Shown one piece after another: positions 18,753 to 27,063 of a stretch of 52,569 bases of DNA; the first letter of the stretch is position 1; each line of letters begins with the position of its first letter. The position numbers were made by a program, and so were the translations under genes. The notes under the pieces were generated by a model, which was not told the DNA's origin, searched no databases, and saw only the letters and a list, made by a program, of their open reading frames with translations. Source of the DNA: a virus (lineage: Duplodnaviria; Caudoviricetes); IMG/VR virus record IMGVR_UViG_3300020445_001331, positions 1 through 52,569 of that record; one strand, given 5' to 3'.

Positions 18753-19870
18753 CTAGTGTTACCGTAATAAATTACCTTATTAGGTCCTTTATAAGTTCTC
18801 CATGGATCAAATACAGTAACGCCTTCAGGGGTCCAATCGTTTTCGTGTACTAATACGTATATGTGTGGTTTCTCTGTTACAATATAACCACCATGTTGTT
18901 TTACATAATGTTGAACTAATAAACTATAACTTCCGTCAACATATTTTACTCCCGGCTTATAACTGTCGCTACTAAACCTAATTCTATTTCCATACTTTAA
19001 CATTTCAATAGCCATGTTTTCAGCTTGTTTTTCTCTTGCATTCATTACAGCGTCAAATATGTCGTAACCTAATCCAAGTTCTTTTGCCATGTATCGTAAC
19101 GCAATATTGTCACGTGGGTGACAAGCACCTCCATCTCCCATTCCTGCTTTCATATAAGCACGACTAATAATTCTTTGTGTTGATTCTGCAAGTGCTTTAG
19201 TAACTACATCAACATTAATGTTACCTTGCTTTTGTGCTACGTCCTGCATCATATTAACAAGACCAATCTTTGTACTAATAAATGTATTATAGAAAACTTT
19301 AATACACTCACACTCGTCCCAAGTACCTACTTCATAACGTGGATTATTTTCCATACACGTTTCATAAAAGTCTTTAAGTTGTTTTGCATCACCTGTTAGT
19401 GAACCGTCTTCAGTTCCAATCATTACCATCTCTGGGTTAACCATATCCCAAGCAACTGTACCCATAGCAATAAGATATGGATTATAAACAAAGCGAGTGT
19501 TAGTTACTATTGGCACAAATTCTCTACGTGTTGTTCCAGGTAATACTGTACTAATAAGAACAAGCAACTGGTCTTTAGTCATAAATTTGTTTGCTTCTTC
19601 TAAACACTCTTTTACAATTTTGTAGGAAAAATCTTTAGGTTCTAAATGGGCCGTAGGAGCTCTGCCATCATAGGCTGGGTCGTGTGGTGTAGGAACAGCA
19701 ACAAACACTATGTCTTGACCTGCTACTGCTTCTGCGATAGTATCTTTTACTTGTATATGATCGCTAGTTACTTTTACAATGTCGTAACCGCTTACTGTAT
19801 GTCCTTTTTGTGCTACTGCTTCTGCACAAGGTAAACCTAATTTACCTAATCCGATAAAACTAATCTTCAC
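18749..19870 (-). CDS. UDP-glucose/GDP-mannose dehydrogenase family protein (GTG start)
   Basis: IGLGKLG, FVAVPTP, ISTVLPGTT, IKVFYNTF, GDGGACHPRD; SD GGTAGGAG. Confidence 0.88.
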   Translation of the reverse strand: MKISFIGLGKLGLPCAEAVAQKGHTVSGYDIVKVTSDHIQVKDTIAEAVAGQDIVFVAVPTPHDPAYDGRAPTAHLEPKDFSYKIVKECLEEANKFMTKDQLLVLISTVLPGTTRREFVPIVTNTRFVYNPYLIAMGTVAWDMVNPEMVMIGTEDGSLTGDAKQLKDFYETCMENNPRYEVGTWDECECIKVFYNTFISTKIGLVNMMQDVAQKQGNINVDVVTKALAESTQRIISRAYMKAGMGDGGACHPRDNIALRYMAKELGLGYDIFDAVMNAREKQAENMAIEMLKYGNRIRFSSDSYKPGVKYVDGSYSLLVQHYVKQHGGYIVTEKPHIYVLVHENDWTPEGVTVFDPWRTYKGPNKVIYYGNTR

Positions 19871-19876
19871 ACTAAT

Positions 19877-19924
19877 CTCCTACCATTAAATGCGTATATA
19901 AATATAGTAGTATTTATGGTAGGA
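19877..19924. promoter_or_regulatory. Face-to-face late-promoter-like motifs inside an inverted repeat whose arms are the two RBSs
   Basis: TATAAATA (+) 19897-19904; CATAAATA (-) 19911-19918; arms TCCTACCATTAAAT 19878-19891 and ATTTATGGTAGGA 19912-19924. Confidence 0.65.
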
Positions 19925-19932
19925 AATCTGAT

Positions 19933-21243
19933 ATGAAACAGCTTCATGGCTTTTTAGAAATGAACCAATATGTGACAGATCCCTTGTCTATCCAAACTCA
20001 GGTTAATTTACAAGAGGCTTTTGACACTTTGGGCATACCAAATGACGATATTACGGTAATGTCTGTATTAATTCAGTATCCTACGTGGAAAAAAGATACC
20101 GATTTCTATAGATTTATAAAGCCAAAAGTTAGAAAACAACTACGCAAAGATCCAAAAACATTTTTCTTCTTTGATGCAAGTACTGAAGGATTTAGTACTA
20201 TCTATAGTGAGCCATATTATCATATTCTATATAAAATGATACGTGATTGTAATATTGATCCTAAAAGAGTATTTTTTGTTTCAAGTAATATGCGTGATCA
20301 ACAAAACCTTATAAGATTTAATATGGAAGAAAAAATACTTGATGTTGAACCATTTAATGTAATTTCTTATCATAACTTTGAAAGAATGATATTTGGCGTT
20401 GAAGGGCAAAAAGAAATAGAGATGGATCCTGGAAAATATAATGTAACTTCTGATGCTACTACTGATGCTATTGTTAGAACTAGATTTAAAAAGGCAGTAA
20501 AAAATACAAGAAGATTATATCGTGATAAAGTACATAACAAAGTAGGATTAGCTTTAAGTAGATTAGTTAGACCACATAGAACTTATAGTGCTATGGATAT
20601 ATTTCATAGCGATGAATTTAAAGATATGTATGTAAGTCATGCTACTTTAGATGGAACTAATTTAGATTGGTTAATAAACCAGCCACCATTTAGAAATAGC
20701 AAATTTACTAAAGCAGATCTAAATATATTTAAACGTCAAGTTGTACCTTTAGTAGTAGATACAGATGACTTTAAAACTAATCATGCTATGGCATTACACA
20801 GTAATTTAAATGATCAAACATTGTTTCAAATAGTACAAGAAACGCATATAGACGATTGGCAAGGCACTAGTTTATTTTATAGTGAAAAAACTTTTAGAGC
20901 AATATACCATATGGAACCTTTTGTAATATGGGGACAGCCTGGGTGTAATAAACGTTTAGTAGATTATGGTTATAAAACTTATGGTGATTGGTTTGATTTA
21001 AGTTTTGATGATATACATGATCCAGCAAAAAGGTGGGAAGCTCTATGGAAAGAAGTTAGAAGTAAGATTAAACTTATACGTGAAATGAAAAGTGTAGAAG
21101 ACCAAATACAATGGAAATTTAAAAATGAACAAGTCCTAATGGAGAACTTCCGTACACTACTTGAAGGTAAGTATAGTAAAGATATTTTTAAAGAAACAGC
21201 AAAGAAAATGAGAGAAATAGCAGATGCAACAACAACTGTATAA
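19933..21243 (+). CDS. Putative glycosyltransferase-like protein (GT10-like C-terminal motif)
   Basis: ET...FYSEKTFRAI...PFVIWG resembles the SEK...P..WG motif of GT10 fucosyltransferases; family call uncertain. Confidence 0.5.
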   Translation: MKQLHGFLEMNQYVTDPLSIQTQVNLQEAFDTLGIPNDDITVMSVLIQYPTWKKDTDFYRFIKPKVRKQLRKDPKTFFFFDASTEGFSTIYSEPYYHILYKMIRDCNIDPKRVFFVSSNMRDQQNLIRFNMEEKILDVEPFNVISYHNFERMIFGVEGQKEIEMDPGKYNVTSDATTDAIVRTRFKKAVKNTRRLYRDKVHNKVGLALSRLVRPHRTYSAMDIFHSDEFKDMYVSHATLDGTNLDWLINQPPFRNSKFTKADLNIFKRQVVPLVVDTDDFKTNHAMALHSNLNDQTLFQIVQETHIDDWQGTSLFYSEKTFRAIYHMEPFVIWGQPGCNKRLVDYGYKTYGDWFDLSFDDIHDPAKRWEALWKEVRSKIKLIREMKSVEDQIQWKFKNEQVLMENFRTLLEGKYSKDIFKETAKKMREIADATTTV

Positions 21244-22120
21244 TATACAACCTAAAAGATTGTTTACTTTTGGGTGCAGTTTTACAAATTATACTTGGGG
21301 AACTTGGGCTAATTGCTTGGCACAAGAACTAGGGGATATTGAGTTTGTAAACTTAGGTAGAAGTGGAGCAGGTAATCATTATATCTTTAATACACTTATG
21401 CAGGCTGACGCTTTATATGACTTTACTCATGAAGATCTTGTAGTAGTACAATGGACTAATGTATGTAGAGAAGATAGATTTTTACCACAAAATAAATCAC
21501 AAGGTCCTTGGGTTACTCCAGGAAACATATATTCACAAGAAGTATATAACGAAGAATTTGTAAGAAAGTACTTTAGTGAAGAAGGTGCGTATGTAAGAGA
21601 TCTTGCGTTTATTAAGGCCGCTTATGAAATGTTAAAACATAAAGCACAATGGCACTTCTTACAAATGTGTGATATTATAAAACAACCTAATCAATGGGAC
21701 GATAGCCAAGGAAACTTTGATCCTAGAGAAACAAGTCAAAGATTAGATGATGCAATAAAGTTTTATCATGAACCTTTAAGTTTTTTAAGACCTAGCTTTT
21801 ATGAAATACTTTGGCACCAAAATTTACAAACTAAATTTAGTGCTGATAGAAAACTAATAGGTAAAAACTTCTTTGACGGACATCCTAGTCCATTAGAACA
21901 TTACAAATATCTTAAAGGTGTATTTAAACATAACTGGAAAAACGAAACAGATAGACAAGTAGAAAAAACACAAGAAGTTTGGATTAAACTGTTGCGTGAT
22001 GCTAGTAAAGATAAAAAAGGATTTAATGTATCACAAATGAAACAACGTTGGCAAGATATGTTGTTTTATGAAACTAAAGTTAAAGGTCCTAGTTATATGG
22101 ATCAAAGGTTGCTTGATTAA
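21224..22120 (+). CDS. SGNH-like hydrolase or acyltransferase
   Basis: LFTFGCSFT, NLGRSGAGN, VVVQWT, DGHPSP. Confidence 0.6.
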   Translation: MQQQLYNIQPKRLFTFGCSFTNYTWGTWANCLAQELGDIEFVNLGRSGAGNHYIFNTLMQADALYDFTHEDLVVVQWTNVCREDRFLPQNKSQGPWVTPGNIYSQEVYNEEFVRKYFSEEGAYVRDLAFIKAAYEMLKHKAQWHFLQMCDIIKQPNQWDDSQGNFDPRETSQRLDDAIKFYHEPLSFLRPSFYEILWHQNLQTKFSADRKLIGKNFFDGHPSPLEHYKYLKGVFKHNWKNETDRQVEKTQEVWIKLLRDASKDKKGFNVSQMKQRWQDMLFYETKVKGPSYMDQRLLD

Positions 22121-23490
22121 GCACAATTATTAAAGAACGTTTCCAACTCTGGAAAAGCTTCAACTAAATTACAGTCCCTACGTTTATCGTGTTCTGAAAA
22201 CCAACGATGAAAATCTCTACGTGCTAGTTCTCTTTTAGCAGGTTCAAATTCTGTTGTACGCATATACTCAACTACACGTCTAAATTTTTCTACTTCTAAA
22301 CTACTAAATTTTGTTCTGTCCCTATCATCTTGATACTCGTGCATAAATTGTAAATGACTTTCCATATAAGGCATAAACTCTTTTTTAGGTAATATATTCA
22401 TATCGTACATATGAGGTTCTTTTAAGTGTGGAGTATCAAACTGTACTTTTTGCCATCTTACTTGAGGCTCTGTTATTCCATTATACTTGTAACGCCACTC
22501 TAGTATCTTTTCTAATAAGTGATTAAATCCTACTACACTAAAGATATTAAATGTAATCATAAAGATAACAGAAAAAGGAGTTTTACTTAAAAAGTAATCT
22601 AAATTCTTTTCCCATAATTCTAAGTCTAAACCTGTACGAATATACTCTGCTTTAGGACCCCAATTATCTATACTTGTATATAATTTAAAACTTTTAATAC
22701 AATTCTTTTCTTTTAATCTTAATACAGTTTCAGTTAACTTTTGTACTAATGAATGTTTGACACCCATATTACTATTAACTTCAATTTGTATATGTGGCTT
22801 TGGATCTGCTTCTAGTTTATCAAATAGTTCCCATAAACTTTTATGCATTAAAGGTTCTCCGCCAGTAATACGCAAAATGTTTAATGTCTTACTAACTTCA
22901 GGCCACCATTCCCACCATGCATCTACATATGGATTCTCTTCTTCTTTTTTATAAACTTTAAACCAATCAATATCTTGTCTATGTTTAGTAGACATACTAT
23001 ATGGTCCGTGTTGTTTTATTTCATTCCAATATCTACTTGATGCTTTAGGGTGACAATAACCGCATTTAAAGTTACACTCATTACTAAAGCTAATTTCTAT
23101 ATACTCAGGATTTACGTTTAAATCCGCACCATTTTGTTTTATTTCCGCTAGTCTTTCTTTATTATAAATGCTAGTTGTTTTAATATGTCTATCACTTACA
23201 AAGTCTTTACCCATAGCTTCAATTTTCCAACAGTAACTACAACCATCTGGCTTTTCACCACATAACATTTTTTTACGTTGGTCTTTCTTTTCTATAGTAT
23301 TATGTAAAGCACTAGGATTGTCTTTTAATTCTTCTAATGGTATAGGGTGTGGAGCAGGGTGGTAACAACTATGTGTTTCACCTGTTGCTAGATATATTGT
23401 TGTATGATGCCATTTGGCTAAACAAAAGGTAGGCGAAGTTTGCTCTTCGATTACCGGCATTAATTCTTTTATTTTTTCAAGTTCGCTCAT
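22117..23490 (-). CDS. Radical SAM protein with N-terminal twitch-like domain
   Basis: FCLAKW...HSCYHP...CSYC, CNFKCGYC, TGGEP, NSN, TSID. Confidence 0.9.
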   Translation of the reverse strand: MSELEKIKELMPVIEEQTSPTFCLAKWHHTTIYLATGETHSCYHPAPHPIPLEELKDNPSALHNTIEKKDQRKKMLCGEKPDGCSYCWKIEAMGKDFVSDRHIKTTSIYNKERLAEIKQNGADLNVNPEYIEISFSNECNFKCGYCHPKASSRYWNEIKQHGPYSMSTKHRQDIDWFKVYKKEEENPYVDAWWEWWPEVSKTLNILRITGGEPLMHKSLWELFDKLEADPKPHIQIEVNSNMGVKHSLVQKLTETVLRLKEKNCIKSFKLYTSIDNWGPKAEYIRTGLDLELWEKNLDYFLSKTPFSVIFMITFNIFSVVGFNHLLEKILEWRYKYNGITEPQVRWQKVQFDTPHLKEPHMYDMNILPKKEFMPYMESHLQFMHEYQDDRDRTKFSSLEVEKFRRVVEYMRTTEFEPAKRELARRDFHRWFSEHDKRRDCNLVEAFPELETFFNNCA

Positions 23491-24377
23491 CTACCTAATA
23501 CACGGTCAGAGTTAATGTAGACCGTTTTAAAGAATTTGCTTTGCTCTTCGTCTAGAGCTTTATTACTAATAGGTAGTCCTTGTCCTTGTAATACTTCTCC
23601 GTACTCTGCAATCATACGTTCTACGTCAAAGTCTTTAATTTCTTCCCAATATTCATTAAGCCATTTAAAATCTCTTGTTACAGAATGATCCCAATCAGTT
23701 GCTAGTATTTTTTGACAACCATCTCTTGCACCCATTATAGCATACAATCCGTTTTCAACATCTGCACCAACGTTCATCCATACAAGAAGTCTATGATAAT
23801 TTTGCCACCAAGTGTTGTTTGCAAGGTCTTCTACTTTTGCACCTCTGTTTAATGACATCTTAACACCTTCTCTAAATCCTGCTCTCCAGGCTTGATGTGG
23901 TGTTGCACTTATAATACTTGTACTAAAGTTTTCATTTAACTGATAGTAATTGTCAAAGTAACAAAACTCTATAACATTTTCATCTTTACCATCATTGTTT
24001 TCGTGTGTTTTCATATCACGAACAAAGTCTTTAGTCCACATTTTTAAACTACCATTGCCGTACTTTAATCCGTTAATGTCAATATTACCACACCAACTAA
24101 ACTGATAATCATCATCTACGCCTAGTTCGTCTAAGTCTAATACTACATCTAAAAACTTTTGATTAATAATTGTATCGCCATCTACAGTAACAAAGTGTTT
24201 TGTATCACTTAACTCTGCACAGGCTTTATGTGCCGCATCTGAACCATGTACACCATGCACACGTTTAGCCCATGGCACTTTGTTAACTAAATCAACATAG
24301 TTCTTTTCACAATTAGGTTCATCATAACTTAAAAATATAATATCCTGTTCTGCTATATTGATCTTGTTTTCACTCAT
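23487..24377 (-). CDS. GT-A-fold glycosyltransferase-like protein
   Basis: DIIFLSYDEP...AHKAC...FVTVDGD, YGNGSLK, AWRAGFREG. Confidence 0.65.
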   Translation of the reverse strand: MSENKINIAEQDIIFLSYDEPNCEKNYVDLVNKVPWAKRVHGVHGSDAAHKACAELSDTKHFVTVDGDTIINQKFLDVVLDLDELGVDDDYQFSWCGNIDINGLKYGNGSLKMWTKDFVRDMKTHENNDGKDENVIEFCYFDNYYQLNENFSTSIISATPHQAWRAGFREGVKMSLNRGAKVEDLANNTWWQNYHRLLVWMNVGADVENGLYAIMGARDGCQKILATDWDHSVTRDFKWLNEYWEEIKDFDVERMIAEYGEVLQGQGLPISNKALDEEQSKFFKTVYINSDRVLGR

Positions 24378-24961
24378 ATTATTTCCTCATACTTATAACT
24401 GTCAAACTTCTTAATAGTATACACTGAAATTGGCTCGTTGTCAAACTCAAATTTCTCGCTAAATGGTAATACAAAGTATTTTCCATCAATTAGTTTATCA
24501 AAAGAAAACTTTAATGTCTTATATAAGATATTTGGATCGTTTTTCTTTGTACAACTAAAGCTAATTGCTGAATTTGTTAAACTAATTTTTTGAGCTAATA
24601 TATTCATTTCTAAATCGCCGCCTACTGTAAACTTCCAACAAGTATCTTTAACATTTTTAGTTACTGTAATATCTGGGTTTTCTGCTTCTGCTGGTAGTTC
24701 GTGTATTAAGTCATCTACAAAGTAACTGTCTATATCATGATTAGTACGTTGTCTAAGTTCATATGTTTTAGTTCTTTTAACATAATGTACATAATAGAAG
24801 TTCATGCTTTCTTTACCTTCTATTATTCCTTTAACTTCATCGTCAGCAATAGAAATATAACTTCCTTCTGTTGGCTTTACGTTAGGTAAAGATAGTAGTT
24901 CTCCTGTTATAGGATCAAATACTGCATAACGTTCATTAACTACTGTAATAGATAGTTTCAT
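24374..24961 (-). CDS. Hypothetical protein
   Basis: 195-aa ORF with ATGA overlaps on both sides. Confidence 0.7.
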   Translation of the reverse strand: MKLSITVVNERYAVFDPITGELLSLPNVKPTEGSYISIADDEVKGIIEGKESMNFYYVHYVKRTKTYELRQRTNHDIDSYFVDDLIHELPAEAENPDITVTKNVKDTCWKFTVGGDLEMNILAQKISLTNSAISFSCTKKNDPNILYKTLKFSFDKLIDGKYFVLPFSEKFEFDNEPISVYTIKKFDSYKYEEII

Positions 24962-25893
24962 CTAAAGTCCTTTACAGTTTGTACAAAGTTTCTAACATTT
25001 TCTACAGGAGTTTCTTTATTCACTCCGTGTGCTAGATTAACTACATATGGTTTATCTTTCATTTTTTGTAGCATTGGCGTAATGTCGCCATTAACTAATA
25101 ATTCGTTAATTGGAATACCACCTTGTAATACAAGTTTAGTAGTTACATCTTCTACAGGTATGTCATCACTTAAATTAATACAATCAGGTATTACAACGTT
25201 TGCAAAATCATTTATGTTTTTACCTATTAGTCTTGGAAAAGCAATTATACTAACTTCAGGATATAACTCTCTTATATCGCTTACTATGTGTGCTGTTGGG
25301 AAATAACATAAAGTATCTAATTCTTCTTCTGTTAAATCTCCTGCCCAACTATCAAAAATTTGTATTGTATCACAACCTGCTTTTATTTGTTGTACTAAAT
25401 GTTCAACAATAAAAGGAACTAGTTTATCTACAACATTTTGATCTTTAGTTTGTGTCATATACTTACAAAGTGTATAAGGTGCTCCAGCAAATCCTATTAA
25501 ACTTTTACTACTATCTAGTTCTTGTCTAGTTTGTTTAATTGCATCATATACAGGTTGACATCTTTCTATAAAAGTTATCATATCTGTTTCAAACATTTTA
25601 TCGTAAAAAGGTCCTAGTACTGGTGCAGGAGTATAATCTAACTCTTGGCCAAGTGCATACGGAATAATAAGTATGTCAGAGAAGATTATGGCCGCATCCA
25701 TATCAAATGCTTTAATAGGTTGCATAGTTATTTCTTTTGCTTTACTTGGTGTAAGAGCCATATCTAAAAACCCATTACTGTTTTGTTTCATTTGCATATA
25801 CTCAGGCATATATCTTCCAGCCTGACGCATTAACCAAACAGGGTATAAGTTTGTTTCTCTATCTTTAATAGTTCTCTGCAATATAGTTTTCAT
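24958..25893 (-). CDS. hemE: Uroporphyrinogen III decarboxylase
   Basis: PVWLMRQAGRYMPEY signature, DAAIIFSDIL, LIGFAGAPYTL..Y, QIFDSWAG, NLAHG. Confidence 0.93.
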   Translation of the reverse strand: MKTILQRTIKDRETNLYPVWLMRQAGRYMPEYMQMKQNSNGFLDMALTPSKAKEITMQPIKAFDMDAAIIFSDILIIPYALGQELDYTPAPVLGPFYDKMFETDMITFIERCQPVYDAIKQTRQELDSSKSLIGFAGAPYTLCKYMTQTKDQNVVDKLVPFIVEHLVQQIKAGCDTIQIFDSWAGDLTEEELDTLCYFPTAHIVSDIRELYPEVSIIAFPRLIGKNINDFANVVIPDCINLSDDIPVEDVTTKLVLQGGIPINELLVNGDITPMLQKMKDKPYVVNLAHGVNKETPVENVRNFVQTVKDFR

Positions 25894-26704
25894 ATTTTTT
25901 AATTTTCTCGTCTGTTAAAAACTCTTTTTCTGTATAGTGAAAGATTCCTGACTGTAAATGATTACCTATTTTAAGTGTTAAATCATCTGTAAGGTATGAA
26001 CCTACTCTGCTACGCCAAGTAGCACTTCCATTTTTCCAACCTTGTATATGAGTTTTCATATGTGTAAACGTTGGAAACTTAACACGTTTATTTGTAATCC
26101 TATCTTCACAATCTAATATCTTTGTTACAATAGCTGTACTTGTATCTACACTTAAATATTTTTGATAGCTTTCTTTAGCAAACTTACCATAAAATAATTC
26201 CCAGTTATTCATTACAATTTCTAATAATGTATAAAACTCTTTAGCAAAGTCGCACTTTTTAAAGTAATGAAATCCTGCATATACATTAGGCAATTTATTT
26301 GCTTTGTAAGTTTTTCTATAATAGTTATCTACAACTTTCTCACCTCTGTATGTATATACATTAGAAGTATAAAACACTTCATAATTACTTAAAAAGTCCC
26401 ACCAAGTATCTAAGTTTTGTAATACAAGCATATCTGTATCTAATACAATAGTTTCATCATACGGACTTGCATGATATAACTTCCAACGATTATCTACTTT
26501 CCAATTATTGTCTTTAGCATCGTCTGACCAAGGTATAGGTTTAATAATATCAAACAATTTCTCGTACCTAGATGGCACTTTATCGTTGGTTATTAAACAA
26601 ATGTTGGCATCATTAGTAGCTTTAATACTCATAGCTAACACACACGCCTGTTGTACGTAATCGTATTCGCTATTCTGTGCTATTAATACAAATCCTCTAG
26701 TCAT
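25865..26704 (-). CDS. GT-A glycosyltransferase-like protein (GT8-like)
   Basis: GFVLIA...LAMSIK...KLYHASPYDETIVLDTDML (DxD). Confidence 0.65.
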   Translation of the reverse strand: MTRGFVLIAQNSEYDYVQQACVLAMSIKATNDANICLITNDKVPSRYEKLFDIIKPIPWSDDAKDNNWKVDNRWKLYHASPYDETIVLDTDMLVLQNLDTWWDFLSNYEVFYTSNVYTYRGEKVVDNYYRKTYKANKLPNVYAGFHYFKKCDFAKEFYTLLEIVMNNWELFYGKFAKESYQKYLSVDTSTAIVTKILDCEDRITNKRVKFPTFTHMKTHIQGWKNGSATWRSRVGSYLTDDLTLKIGNHLQSGIFHYTEKEFLTDEKIKKYENYIAENY

Positions 26705-26882
26705 TTTTACTTTCTAATACATACTTTAATGCATCTTTGCCTTTGTAACGTTTACCGCTATGAAATACATTTTCTCTTTGCCATGCCATTGCCATATTGT
26801 TTGGACAAGAACATTGGTATCTACGAACTGCATCACATCTTCTACAAAATCTTGATCTAATTCTACTGTCTACGTTATGCAC
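26697..26882 (-). CDS. Small basic Cys-rich protein (61 aa)
   Basis: CRRC...CSC; GTG start; overlaps both neighbours. Confidence 0.55.
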   Translation of the reverse strand: MHNVDSRIRSRFCRRCDAVRRYQCSCPNNMAMAWQRENVFHSGKRYKGKDALKYVLESKND

Positions 26883-27063
26883 CTATACTATCCTTTGGTT
26901 GACATTTATAAATTATACTATCCCACTTACCATCTGTTGGTATTAGTTCGTGTGCTACTTGTGAAGATATACATTTATCTTCTGATAAAAACTCTTTTAC
27001 TTCTTGCGTTACACATTTTTGAGATGTGCAAACTGATAATAATAAAACCCAGATTATTTCCAT
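26875..27063 (-). CDS. Small protein with hydrophobic N-terminus and 4 Cys (62 aa)
   Basis: MEIIWVLLLSVC...C...C...C; SD AGGAG; TAATG coupling. Confidence 0.6.
   Translation of the reverse strand: MEIIWVLLLSVCTSQKCVTQEVKEFLSEDKCISSQVAHELIPTDGKWDSIIYKCQPKDSIGA

Noticed and set aside
3021-23490. Naming the rSAM genes moaA, pqqE, nirJ, ahbD or hemN
   Set aside because: No C-terminal GG of MoaA, no PqqA/PqqD partners, no HemN architecture; specific orthology cannot be supported
9841-27063. Classical RiPP gene cluster
   Set aside because: No recognisable leader/core precursor, RRE domain, peptidase or exporter; kept only as a weak alternative
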